From positions 1 to 38,527 of the IMG/VR virus record IMGVR_UViG_3300027826_000156: 38,527 bases of DNA; one strand, written 5' to 3'. A model generated the notes under the pieces. It ran no database searches, was not told the DNA's origin, and was given only the letters and a program-made list of their open reading frames with translations. This document shows, one piece after another, positions 27,641 to 36,607 of the stretch; positions within the stretch are counted from its first letter, which is position 1; each line of letters opens with the position of its first letter. A program made the position numbers and the translations under genes. The DNA comes from a virus. Lineage: Duplodnaviria; Caudoviricetes.

Positions 27641-28072
27641 TTAATCGTGTGCGGTTCGCGGCAAGCCCCCCTCGTATTGAATGTCTTGAAACTCTTTCGG
27701 GAAGTATTGCCGCTGTAAGCCGTCAATAATCCGATCCGCCAGAATACGCACATTCATTTCCGGCCATTCCCTTAAATGATCCCACAATACTACCCTCAGA
27801 TCGATTTCCCAACCTGGGAACCCTTTGAGAAGCTGCTGAAGGGCAAACACGATAGCCGGCCGCAGCATTTTTAGGGTACTTATGAAAACTACTACCTCTG
27901 GGCTGTCGTTATAATCTCCGTGGACAGAGTAGTCCCCATAACGCTTTCCGGACAGGAAGTTCGGTTGGCCAAACCGCGCAAGCAAGTCACCGACACCTTT
28001 GTACAGGCGCTCAAAGGTTTCGAGAGGATCGCCATCGTGACCGTTCGTTTGAGCATTCGCTTCATTCCTCAT
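27641..28072 (-). CDS. Immunity protein for the second portal-cassette tip
   Basis: Same family (FERL...LL.RFG.P, YGDY..HGDY, FPGWEID, LQRQYFPKEFQDIQYEG); overlaps stop of the tip. Confidence 0.75.
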   Translation of the reverse strand: MRNEANAQTNGHDGDPLETFERLYKGVGDLLARFGQPNFLSGKRYGDYSVHGDYNDSPEVVVFISTLKMLRPAIVFALQQLLKGFPGWEIDLRVVLWDHLREWPEMNVRILADRIIDGLQRQYFPKEFQDIQYEGGLPRTAHD

Positions 28073-28372
28073 CGCCACGCCCTCGTCCTATGCCATAAAC
28101 GTTGATATAGCGAAGCCGCTCGCGAATGATCTTCATTCTGAGACCGCTGATTCGCGGGTCTCTTGACACCCTAACCTCAGCAACTATTTCCTGCGCGTGT
28201 TCTGCCGTCATCTCCGCGGGCGAAATCTTATTTTTCTTTAAATAGTTTTCGAATAGTTCGTCAACTGCCTGATTGTACTCAATGTGTTCTGCATTGTTTA
28301 CGTTTACCTTAGGATCAGCAAGCGCGCCAGACCTCGCTTTGTCGAATATTTCTCTTGCTTCCTTGGTAACGT
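28062..28372 (-). pseudogene. Alternative toxin tip of second portal cassette, out of frame and lacking the GHH motif
   Basis: SGALADPKVN...EH.EYNQAVDEL...MTAEHAQE...DPRI aligns to the tip of 29879-31897 but is in a different frame from the upstream portal fragment. Confidence 0.75.
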
Positions 28373-29358
28373 ACAGGAGGCTTTGGTGCGTCGGACGTTT
28401 CATCCGAATCGTCCGACGCTGCAATCTGTGTCCATTCTCCTCCACCTGTATCGTGCTTGGGAACGCGTGGTTCTTCTGGGTTGTAACCATACTTGTTGAG
28501 CAGCAGTGAAAGTTCCCCGATGAGGGCCTGTTCCGCTGATTCGAGCGTCGGTGTCGGAGCCGACTTTTTAGTCTTTGGTACTCTGCTATTATCGACGTTT
28601 AGGGGCGAGGACTCCCCACCCGCACCCGCCTCGATCGGCACGTAGCCGGTGGCGGTGAGCACCATCGGCCGGTCGGCGGCGGGATTTTGGAACGCCTCGA
28701 GGCCGAGCGCGTCGCGCAGTTCGTTGAGCGTCGCGGCGCCGATTTTTACGCGGGCTTCGAGCGCCGCCTCGGCTTGCGCAGCTCCGGTATCCTCGTCGAG
28801 CCAGGCGAGCTCCAGGTCGGGCGAGGCGAACTCGTCGGCGATCACCTCGTCGATCAGGTCCTTGACCCACTCCTTGGTCGGCTCGAGCCCCTCGTCCTCG
28901 GCCTGCGCCGACTGATTGTCGGCGGTGGCGCGGTTCATCAGCTTCACCGCCCATTGCGGCGGCACCGAAAACGCGTAGCAGATGATGCGCGCGAGCCACT
29001 CGTCGAAGTCCTGCTTGTGCTCCGGCTCCTTGGTCTGGTGCACCTTCACCGCGCTCTCGCCCGGCACGAACTTGGCGCGCCGGCGCTTTGCGAGGTCCCC
29101 GGCGAACTCGATGTCCCAGTAATCCTGGAACTGCCGGATCTGGTCCGGCGTCCAGCCCGCCGGTACCCCGATCAGCGCGTCCGGGATCGAGCCTTCGGAA
29201 AAGTAATCGAGCTGCCAGAGCTGGCGGCGCAGCGTGATGTTGACCATCATCAGCACCTGCTGCACCGGCGAATAACCGTAGACCCAGTGAGCGCGCACGT
29301 TGCGCGGCCGATAGACGATGTCGCGCACGGCATAGTCGACCGCCGGCAGGCCTTTCAG
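28315..29358 (-). pseudogene. 5'-truncated portal fragment with alternative linker (orphan cassette)
   Basis: Begins mid-domain at LKGLPAVDY; nearly identical to the full portal up to VPIEA.AGGE, then diverges. Confidence 0.85.
28612..29358. repeat. 747-bp direct repeat, copy 1 (portal 3' part)
   Basis: Matches 30455-31201 at a constant offset of 1843 at both ends; scattered substitutions. Confidence 0.9.
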
Positions 29359-29421
29359 AGACTGTTGTTAGAGACTGCCGCGAAGCAACCTTTTAAGATA
29401 TTCGGATGGATGCGGCACGCA

Positions 29422-29886
29422 CTACCAGTCGACTAGTTTTCCTCGCCTCGCGCCCTCATAGGTGAGGTCCTGGTACTCCTTAGGGAAATATTGCCGCTGC
29501 AGGTCATCGACAATTTCGTCGGCGCGAATCGAGATGCCCATATCGGGCCAATCTTCGTGCCCTCGTGTTGTCACTGCAAGGTCAATTTGCCATCCTGGAA
29601 AATCTTTGACCAGTTCTTGGAGAGCGTTCACAACGGGCGTGCGCAAGAGCTTTAGATTGTCGACAAAGACACCAACTATCGGATACTCGTTATAATCGCC
29701 GTTGAGATGGTAGTCACCATAAGGTTGCCCCGGGAGATAATCAGGCCGACCAAAGCGCTCAAGCAGCTTCTCAACTCGATCTTGCAGGCGCTCGAACACG
29801 GCAAACTGTTCAGTCTGGCGACGATCGTATTCGTCTCGACTCATCGAGTCCATGTCGCGTCGAGTTATTGTGTTGTTATTATTCAC
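29422..29886 (-). CDS. Immunity protein cognate to the portal-fused toxin (unassigned family)
   Basis: GTG start overlapping the portal stop; small, acidic, AT-richer; two paralogues downstream. Confidence 0.78.
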   Translation of the reverse strand: MNNNNTITRRDMDSMSRDEYDRRQTEQFAVFERLQDRVEKLLERFGRPDYLPGQPYGDYHLNGDYNEYPIVGVFVDNLKLLRTPVVNALQELVKDFPGWQIDLAVTTRGHEDWPDMGISIRADEIVDDLQRQYFPKEYQDLTYEGARRGKLVDW

Positions 29887-31897
29887 CACCTCTGCCTCCT
29901 CGTCGCCAGGGACCATAACGCCATATATATCTCGATCTCTCACGCTTAATCTTCGCGTTAAAATCACGAATCCTAGGGTCAGTTGAATTTTCAATCTCTC
30001 GCAAAACTTCCTGTGCGTGTTCAATGGTCATTTGTTCTTCTGTAATATTTTTTCTTTTAAGGTACTTGTCAAGGAGCTCGTTGAGCGCATCATCATACTG
30101 CCTATGTTCTTTGGTATTATAATTTACACTTGGATCAGCAAGAGCCCCCGAAAGGGAATCATCGAAAAACTCCTTTACTGCATCTGAGAAATTTCTTTTC
30201 GTGAAAATCTTTTTTGTCATCCAGTGGTGACCTTTGGCGTATGGCTGGTAAGGTATTACCGCGTGATCGAGCGTGTCCCACGGTTCTGATGTGGGCGCCG
30301 CGTCTTTGGGCCGGAACTGGCCGCCTTTGCGGTCTGGAGTGCCAGCAGGCCAGCCTGGATGCTTTGGATCGTCCGGACTCGCTTTGGCAACAACTGTCGT
30401 GCGACCGCCCGCATCACCACCGTGCACGCCCGGGTTGGATGCTTCATTGGTCCCCTCCCCACCCGCATTCGCTTCGATCGGCACGTAGCCGGTGGCGGTG
30501 AGCACCATCGGCCGGTCGGCAGCGGGATTTTGGAACGGGGCGAGGCCGAGCGCGTCGCGCAACTCGTTGAGCGTCGCGGCGCCGATCTTGACCCGCGCTT
30601 CGAGCGCCGCCTCGGCTTGCGCGGCGCCGGTGTCCTCGTCGAGCCAGGCCAGCTCCAGGTCGGGCGAGCCGAACTCGTCGGCGATCACCTCGTCGACCAG
30701 GTCCTTGACCCACTCCTTGGTCGGCTCCAGCCCCTCCTCTTCGGCCTGCGCCGACTGATTGTCGGCGGTGGCGCGGTTCATCAGCTTCACCGCCCATTGC
30801 GGCGGCACCGAAAACGCGTAGCAGATGATGCGCGCGAGCCACTCGTCGAAGTCCTGCTTGTGCTCCGGCTCCTTGGTCTGGTGCACCTTCACCGCGCTCT
30901 CGCCCGGCACGAACTTGGCGCGCCGGCGCTTTGCGAGGTCGCCGGCGAACTCGGTGTCCCAGTAATCCTGGAACTGCCGGATCTGGTCCGGCGTCCAGCC
31001 CGCCGACACGCCGATCAGCGCGTCCGGGATCGAGCCTTCGGAGAAATAATCGAGCTGCCAGAGCTGGCGGCGCAGCGCGATGTTGACCGTCATCAGCACC
31101 TGCTGCACCGGCGAGTAGCCGTAGACCCGGTGGGCGCGCACGTTGCGCGGCCGATAGATGATGTCGCGCACCGCGTAGTCGACCGCCGGCAGTCCTTTGA
31201 GCACCTGCTGGTAGGCCGGCGGATAGATCGTGCTGCCGTCGGGCGCGGCGTAGGGCTGCGGCGTGCGGCCCCAATCATCGATGACGCGCTTGATGGTGGC
31301 GCCGTCGAGCTGATGCAGCGCGCACAGCTGCCCGGCGCGGGTGCGCCGGCAATACAGCGTTGCCGCGTCGATGACGAACATGTCCTCGAGCAGCGCGCGC
31401 AGCCAGGTCTTCCAGCGCGTGACGCCATCGGGCTTTTGCCAGAATTTTTCGATGGCGGCGATGCGCGCGCCGGTGTCGACGGCAAGCGCGGCGGACTTGC
31501 GGCTCCCCCCTTCCCTGCCCCGCGCGCGGGCGAGCGACGGCAGCGGGCCGCGTGGTCGGATGCACCAGCGCTGCCGCTCCATCTGGTCCTTGCGGGTCTC
31601 GATGACGAGGCGCAAGAGATCGTAGGCGTCGGCAAAACCGCGCAGCTCGGCAAAGCCGATCGGCTCGTAGGCGCGCGGCCGGACCGAGAGATTGTAGCCC
31701 GGCGGAAAATCGAAGCGCCGCCCGGCGACTTCGGGCGGCGCGATCGGCCGCAGCGGATCGAGCGGGCCGAACCAGTCGGCGCCGCCGCCGCGCGCAATGC
31801 CGGCGCCGGTGCCCGCGGCGGTGCCGTACGACACGGCAATCTGATACGGCGACAACGGCCAGTTTGGCTGGCCGGCGCCGCGGCTCGGCTCGGTCAT
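29879..31897 (-). CDS. Phage portal protein fused to a C-terminal HH/HNH-like putative toxin domain
   Basis: Portal motifs (LRLVIETRKDQ, LLEDMFVIDA, LDGATIK, YGYSPVQQ, YFSEGSIPD, ICYAFSVPP, TLNELR..LGL.P), then linker and AT-richer tip GHHW...NYN..EHRQY. Confidence 0.85.
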   Translation of the reverse strand: MTEPSRGAGQPNWPLSPYQIAVSYGTAAGTGAGIARGGGADWFGPLDPLRPIAPPEVAGRRFDFPPGYNLSVRPRAYEPIGFAELRGFADAYDLLRLVIETRKDQMERQRWCIRPRGPLPSLARARGREGGSRKSAALAVDTGARIAAIEKFWQKPDGVTRWKTWLRALLEDMFVIDAATLYCRRTRAGQLCALHQLDGATIKRVIDDWGRTPQPYAAPDGSTIYPPAYQQVLKGLPAVDYAVRDIIYRPRNVRAHRVYGYSPVQQVLMTVNIALRRQLWQLDYFSEGSIPDALIGVSAGWTPDQIRQFQDYWDTEFAGDLAKRRRAKFVPGESAVKVHQTKEPEHKQDFDEWLARIICYAFSVPPQWAVKLMNRATADNQSAQAEEEGLEPTKEWVKDLVDEVIADEFGSPDLELAWLDEDTGAAQAEAALEARVKIGAATLNELRDALGLAPFQNPAADRPMVLTATGYVPIEANAGGEGTNEASNPGVHGGDAGGRTTVVAKASPDDPKHPGWPAGTPDRKGGQFRPKDAAPTSEPWDTLDHAVIPYQPYAKGHHWMTKKIFTKRNFSDAVKEFFDDSLSGALADPSVNYNTKEHRQYDDALNELLDKYLKRKNITEEQMTIEHAQEVLREIENSTDPRIRDFNAKIKRERSRYIWRYGPWRRGGRGGE
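30455..31201. repeat. 747-bp direct repeat, copy 2 (portal 3' part)
   Basis: Matches 28612-29358. Confidence 0.9.
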
Positions 31898-31970
31898 GGC
31901 TATTCCGGTGTTGCTGGTTTTGCTGGCGGCCGCCGGGCCGATCACCGCGAGATCAAGTTGCGCGCGCGGC

Positions 31971-32720
31971 TTACTCGGTCAGACTGATGCTGCCGATGTT
32001 GTTGGCGCCGTCGGCGATGGCCTGGAAATCCAACTCGGCCACCGTGAATTTCTGATTGGAGAACGGCAGCGCCAGTTTCGGAGCGACGCAGGCGTTGAGC
32101 TTGACCACGATGTCCTTGTTGACGCCGAAATAATTGAACGTCTCCTTCAGCGACACTTCGAACAGCGGCACCGGGCCCATCAGCTGATTGGCGAGCGCGA
32201 TCTTGTTGCCGGAGGCGACGCTGTAACTATAGTAGATCACCACCGCCGCGCCGTTGTCGCCGGCATTGAACGTATAGGTGCCCGGGCTGCCCGACGGCGC
32301 AATGTACTGGCCCTGCGTCGGCGAAGCGGCGACCGGCACGAGCTGCGCGCCGGTCGTGGCATAGAACACGCCGAAATCCTCGAGGAACGTCGCGCCGTTG
32401 GCCACGATGACGGCCGCCGCAGTGACGGTGTCGGTCTCGCCGGTGGTCATCTCGATCATGCTGTTGGCGGTGAGCGTCTGGCCGAGGAACAGATTGTTGA
32501 TCTGCGACGCCTGCAGGCGCGCGAACTTGGCCTTGCCGGCGATCTTGAACTCGCCGCCGCCGGCCGCGACCGGCATGTTGTACTGGCCGACCAACAGCTC
32601 GATCTTGCGGTCGAAATCGAGCGTGACGTCCTGCAAGGTGCCGAGCAGCGCCGGTGGCGTGCCGGTCACGTCGGTGCGCTTGCCAACCAAGGTGCCGCTG
32701 CCGAAAGCGAATTGGGTCAT
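31971..32720 (-). CDS. Major tail (tube) protein
   Basis: FAFGSG.L, LGTLQDVTLDF, L.GQY..PVA, I.GKAKFA, C-terminal F...ELDFQA; follows the tail completion gene; AGGAG RBS. Confidence 0.75.
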   Translation of the reverse strand: MTQFAFGSGTLVGKRTDVTGTPPALLGTLQDVTLDFDRKIELLVGQYNMPVAAGGGEFKIAGKAKFARLQASQINNLFLGQTLTANSMIEMTTGETDTVTAAAVIVANGATFLEDFGVFYATTGAQLVPVAASPTQGQYIAPSGSPGTYTFNAGDNGAAVVIYYSYSVASGNKIALANQLMGPVPLFEVSLKETFNYFGVNKDIVVKLNACVAPKLALPFSNQKFTVAELDFQAIADGANNIGSISLTE

Positions 32721-32758
32721 GGGGGAGGCTCCTGTTGGTGAAAAGATGATGGAAAAAA

Positions 32759-32835
32759 GCGAATGGGGAATAGCGAGTGGCGGGCAGTCGGGGGCGAGCT
32801 CGCCCCTATTCGCCACTCGCCATTCGCTATTCGCG
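32759..32835. repeat. Heptamer-based palindrome (GCGAATR / YATTCGC arms)
   Basis: gcgaatg gggaata gcgagtg gcg ... ccctatt cgccact cgccatt cgctatt cgc; intergenic stem-loop. Confidence 0.75.
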
Positions 32836-32861
32836 ATTTCGGCTAGTTCGTGCTTGTTGCG

Positions 32862-33308
32862 TTACGGCACGAGGATCTGGAACGGAATCGCCGCCACCGC
32901 CTTGCCGTCGATGTCGCCGGTGTCGACGAAGACCGGGCCGAGCGGGTAGCAGTGCGCCACCAGCCCGCCGAGCGTTTGCCGGTTGCCGTTGAGCGCATCG
33001 GCGCCGCCGGGCGCCACCGCCGCATCGATGGCGTCGAGCACGGCGTTCATGGCGCTGTCCGGCACGTCCTTGGGATCGAGCCCGGCCGACAGATAGACGA
33101 ACACGTGGACGTTGATGGTCAGCGTCGGCAGCCCCTCGCTCTGCCGGGCCCGCACCTCGCCGGTCTTGAGCACGGTCAGAAACGGCATCTGCGTCTCGTT
33201 GACCTGGTCCCAATGCACGAAGCGCCGGCTGGTCGCGGCAAAATCCACCGCGCCGGCGACCAGCGCGAAGAACGCAGCCGAAATCTGCTCGCGCGTGACG
33301 GTGCTCAT
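32862..33308 (-). CDS. Tail completion/terminator-like protein
   Basis: 148 aa, REQI..A.F, RRFVHW..V...P.L, LDAIDAA, TLGGLV.HC; upstream of tail tube; GAGGAG RBS. Confidence 0.7.
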   Translation of the reverse strand: MSTVTREQISAAFFALVAGAVDFAATSRRFVHWDQVNETQMPFLTVLKTGEVRARQSEGLPTLTINVHVFVYLSAGLDPKDVPDSAMNAVLDAIDAAVAPGGADALNGNRQTLGGLVAHCYPLGPVFVDTGDIDGKAVAAIPFQILVP

Positions 33309-33505
33309 CGCGGCTCCTCATATGGCAAGCGGTCGCGGCAATGCCGCGTTGAAACGTTCAGGGCACGTCAGGGGGGTGAGGCGAAGAGAGCGACTACGCC
33401 GCTTTAGGAATCGAGAGGACGCTCCGCGTCTTCCTTAAGGGTTCTTGGGTATGGAGGGTCTCCGGTAGGAAGCGCTCAGCCCTGCAGCTGTCTCATATTT
33501 CGGGG

Positions 33506-33952
33506 TTATATATCTCTACCCATCTGAGACAACCCCACCCTTAAAGCAGCCGGGTCAAAGTCTTCCCAGGAGACTAAATTGCTGGGCTCTCCCGTCTGAA
33601 GAAAATAAAATAAGATCGCCTTCAGCTCATCGAAGTGAATGATGTAGCGTGCCGGGGTTGGCGTCGGCGTATCGGCAGTGAGAAACTCAACGCAGCCGCG
33701 CTGCAGAGGGGGTTGTGCCGACATTGCCATGAGATACGGCGGATTGCCATCGGAGGAACTGTATTGAGCACAACAAAATCGTTCACCGATCCCTGTCAAG
33801 ATTTCGAATCCGTTATCTCCTTTCAGCTTGGCAATAAAAGGCGGCTTACGTTTCGTCTCGTCAAGCAACTCGGCAAGTTGTTCGCTCGCAGCGACAACGG
33901 CGCCGTGCATCGGATCGAGCTTGTCCTGGTGATTGAAGTATTGAATTCTCAT
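33506..33952 (-). CDS. Imm1-family (DddI-like) immunity protein
   Basis: ATGA overlap with deaminase toxin; C-terminal EF...TPT...ARY.I...EL......F.QTGE....V.WE pattern of Imm1. Confidence 0.8.
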   Translation of the reverse strand: MRIQYFNHQDKLDPMHGAVVAASEQLAELLDETKRKPPFIAKLKGDNGFEILTGIGERFCCAQYSSSDGNPPYLMAMSAQPPLQRGCVEFLTADTPTPTPARYIIHFDELKAILFYFLQTGEPSNLVSWEDFDPAALRVGLSQMGRDI

Positions 33953-35010
33953 TGTCGTTCGCCTTTGAAAGGCACCCTTTGACCGTTCGGCAATATGACA
34001 TACAAGACACCGCCGGGAGGAACCATACTTTTCAGTTGATTGTTGCACTGGTCGCATATTTCGGGATTGTTGATCTCCACCGACGCCTCCGAAATGCCGT
34101 ACAGCCGCATTATTGCCGCTGCTTGGGCCTCCACGTGAGATCGAACGTTTCCATCAAAGCCAGGCGTTCCTTTTGGTATTGCTGCTGTTGGCCCGTCATA
34201 CCCGCTCTGCAGTTCTATCGGCGTCATCCCTGGCGCCCGGAAGATACCGGAAGTTTTGCCGCCAGGCTCGTATGGTGCGAGCTGCGGCTCTGATTGGCTC
34301 ATGAATGGCAACTTCGATTTCGGATCAGGAGGACTCCAAGTTGGCCGCGCTCCCTGGGGAGCTGCTGGCCTAGCCGGCGCTGGCGCCGGTGCTGGTGGCA
34401 GCAGTCTCGGAATGCCCCCGCCGGGGAAAGGCAACTCAGCCCCTCCTGGAGGACCTGCACCGCCACCGGGAGCGGCCGGCTTTTTTCCCCATGGCCAAAA
34501 CCAAGGCGGTCGACGCTCCGCAACGGGTATGACGGGGATCGCTTCGGTCCTATCTGATTCCGGTGCGAACCAGCCGGGATTGGGCGGCGCGCCGGTGCGC
34601 GGATGCTTTGCGGGATCCCTGAATTTGAGCAGCCGGCTGCGGTGCAGCTCGAGCGCGCGGCGGCCAATGTCTTCGTCGGCCTCTCTGCCCGTCGTCAGCG
34701 GCGGGTCGGGAAACTGCATCTGCACGGTGGCAATCGCGGCCATCGCCAGATCGCCGCGATTGAAGGCCGCCGCGATGAGGGCGAGCGAGGCAGCTTTCGC
34801 GGCAACATCGATTGGCAGACCGTATTGCGTCGACAGGTCTTCGTTGAGTTCGGGTATTGCGCGAACGACCCATTGCCTTGTCGCGCCGGTGCCAACGGCT
34901 TGCAGCAACGGGACATCGCCGACGAACGCACCGGTGACGCCGCACGACACGGCGCTGCTGGCGCGCTCCGCGGCCAGCGAAAAGGCACGCGCACCCGGCA
35001 TCGCAAACAT
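33949..35010 (-). CDS. Polymorphic toxin with DddA-like (SCP1.201) cytidine deaminase tip
   Basis: GKTSGIF...LQSG...HVEAQAAAIMR..GISEASV.INNPEICDQC...MVPPG..L.V..P.G (HxE + CxxC). Confidence 0.88.
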   Translation of the reverse strand: MFAMPGARAFSLAAERASSAVSCGVTGAFVGDVPLLQAVGTGATRQWVVRAIPELNEDLSTQYGLPIDVAAKAASLALIAAAFNRGDLAMAAIATVQMQFPDPPLTTGREADEDIGRRALELHRSRLLKFRDPAKHPRTGAPPNPGWFAPESDRTEAIPVIPVAERRPPWFWPWGKKPAAPGGGAGPPGGAELPFPGGGIPRLLPPAPAPAPARPAAPQGARPTWSPPDPKSKLPFMSQSEPQLAPYEPGGKTSGIFRAPGMTPIELQSGYDGPTAAIPKGTPGFDGNVRSHVEAQAAAIMRLYGISEASVEINNPEICDQCNNQLKSMVPPGGVLYVILPNGQRVPFKGERQ

Positions 35011-35024
35011 GCGATCAGGCTCCG
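34565..35024. repeat. Direct repeat of toxin N-terminal region, copy 1
   Basis: Highly similar to 37733-38198, with two codons of length difference. Confidence 0.85.
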
Positions 35025-35275
35025 CTAGTTGATGACGTGAAGAGCGTCGATTCGACAGCGCTTAGGGGTCGCTCCGGCTAAGGCGTCGCTAGCGCGCAGT
35101 GCTGCCGCGTTGACGGCGCGGGCGCACGCTGTAGTGCCCCCCAGTTAGCAAGGTGGGCGAGCAGCTGCGTCGTCGCTATATCGATCCCAAGCGAAGGCCG
35201 AAGTGCACTCGCCCATTCTGAGGAAAATATCGCAGGTCACCGCTGGCCGGGTGCCGTTGGGCAAATCCCATGCCG

Positions 35276-35817
35276 CTACGATACCTTCAGATCGTGCTCA
35301 GTAGGCGTAGACGCACTGAGCGCCAGTCTGCCGCCTCTTCGAGCGAAATCGAGCGCCTCGGGTCCTAAGAAAAACGCGCCAAGCCTCTTAAAGCTCTGCC
35401 GAAACGGCCTTGTGAAAAATTCGTAAAGATCCTTAGACATGGGACTGTCAGAGATCGTTCCAATCGTTCCATACAAAATGATATCGTCTCAATACCGGCC
35501 ACCCGGGCCGAAAACAATCGTGTCCTGATTGAGCAACTGACTAATCGAGTAAAGAATGCCGCCGCGCCGCTGAGGAACGTCTTCCACGCACACGGTCGCG
35601 CCTTCCGGCGAAACAAGATATGCGGGGTTCGCTATCGACGTTGGATGCAGCGCTGTCCCGAAGTCCGGGATATCGACATAGGACCGATGAGTTTGGGCGC
35701 GTTCGTCTCGAATAAACCGGTCCGGGTGTATTGCAGCTTCCTCTGCATCTCCAGCGATGAAAGCAGCGGGCGCAGATCGGTAGCTGTCGCATAAAACATA
35801 ATGAGCCTGCGAGTCAT
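35276..35817 (-). pseudogene. Immunity paralogue of 36608-37150, disrupted
   Basis: One-base deletion near 35696 and in-frame TGA at 35489-35491 relative to the intact copy. Confidence 0.82.
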
Positions 35818-35940
35818 CGGGTGCGCCTTTTCGGAATCAGGATCAGCGTATCGTTCGGATATTTGGCGCGAATCCTGGCGACCGCAGCAGCCTTTCTCGG
35901 TGTCGGGCTTCCGTCGGCAAGCATATCGATTGCTTCAACG
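35814..35940 (-). pseudogene. Orphan toxin C-terminal fragment
   Basis: Translates as VEAIDMLADGSPTPRKAAAVARIRAKYPNDTLILIPKRRTR*, matching the end of 37147-38184. Confidence 0.82.
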
Positions 35941-36001
35941 CCGCTCGCGAGTCCGTGCAGCGTTTCATGCGTCCAGGGTCAACAACACCGTCGCGGCATT
36001 G

Positions 36002-36541
36002 TCACACCTTGAAATCAAATTCCGAAGGGCTTGATGCCGCGGCTGTGAGTCTAAAACCAGCCTTCCCGAGCTGCAATGCCTCAGGTCCCACAAAGAACTC
36101 CTCGACCCTATCAAAATGCTCGCGAAGCGCTTTGAGCATAGACTTATAGAGGCTTATGGAAGCCGCTGTGTCGGATATGGTGCCGATCATTCCATCCAAG
36201 ATGATGTCGCTGCCGTAGCGACCGCCAGGCCAGAGGGCGACGGTGTCCTCGTTTAGCTGTTGATCAAAGGCAAAGCGATGTTTACCAGTGTTTTGAATGA
36301 TCCGACGAGCGCGTATTGGGGTTCCACGCAGCGATACGAGGTACGATGGATTTGCAATGGCCGTCGGATGGCTTGCCACTCCGAAGTTTGGGATTTTCGT
36401 ATACGATCCATAGGTCCGAGGCTTGTTCGTTTCGAACTGCCCCGTCTGTGTATATTCGAGCTCTTTCTGACTTTCCAGCGTGGATAGGACAAGAGCAAGG
36501 TCCTTCGCTGTCGCGTAAAACATACTTTGGTTTCGGGTCAT
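36002..36541 (-). CDS. Immunity paralogue (divergent, intact)
   Basis: MFYAT..DL...LS.LE, IP.FG.A.HPT.IAN, DQ.LNEDT, F..GPEAL motifs shared with 36608-37150. Confidence 0.78.
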   Translation of the reverse strand: MTRNQSMFYATAKDLALVLSTLESQKELEYTQTGQFETNKPRTYGSYTKIPNFGVASHPTAIANPSYLVSLRGTPIRARRIIQNTGKHRFAFDQQLNEDTVALWPGGRYGSDIILDGMIGTISDTAASISLYKSMLKALREHFDRVEEFFVGPEALQLGKAGFRLTAAASSPSEFDFKV

Positions 36542-36579
36542 TGCGCGGGTCTTTTCGGGATGAGAATGAGTGTATCGCT
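36538..36579 (-). pseudogene. Minimal toxin tip remnant
   Basis: SDTLILIPKRPAQ* with ATGA overlap onto the next immunity gene. Confidence 0.7.
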
Positions 36580-36607
36580 GCCGCACTGCGTTAAACAAAT
36601 TACAGCG

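Noticed and set aside
28612-31201. 747-bp repeats as IS ends, att sites or a collapsed assembly
   Set aside because: They are portal coding sequence with scattered substitutions and different flanks; no transposase or integrase.
17099-33308. Contractile system (T6SS, eCIS, R-tailocin)
   Set aside because: No sheath, baseplate wedge, VgrG or PAAR genes; components are of non-contractile type and a portal is present.
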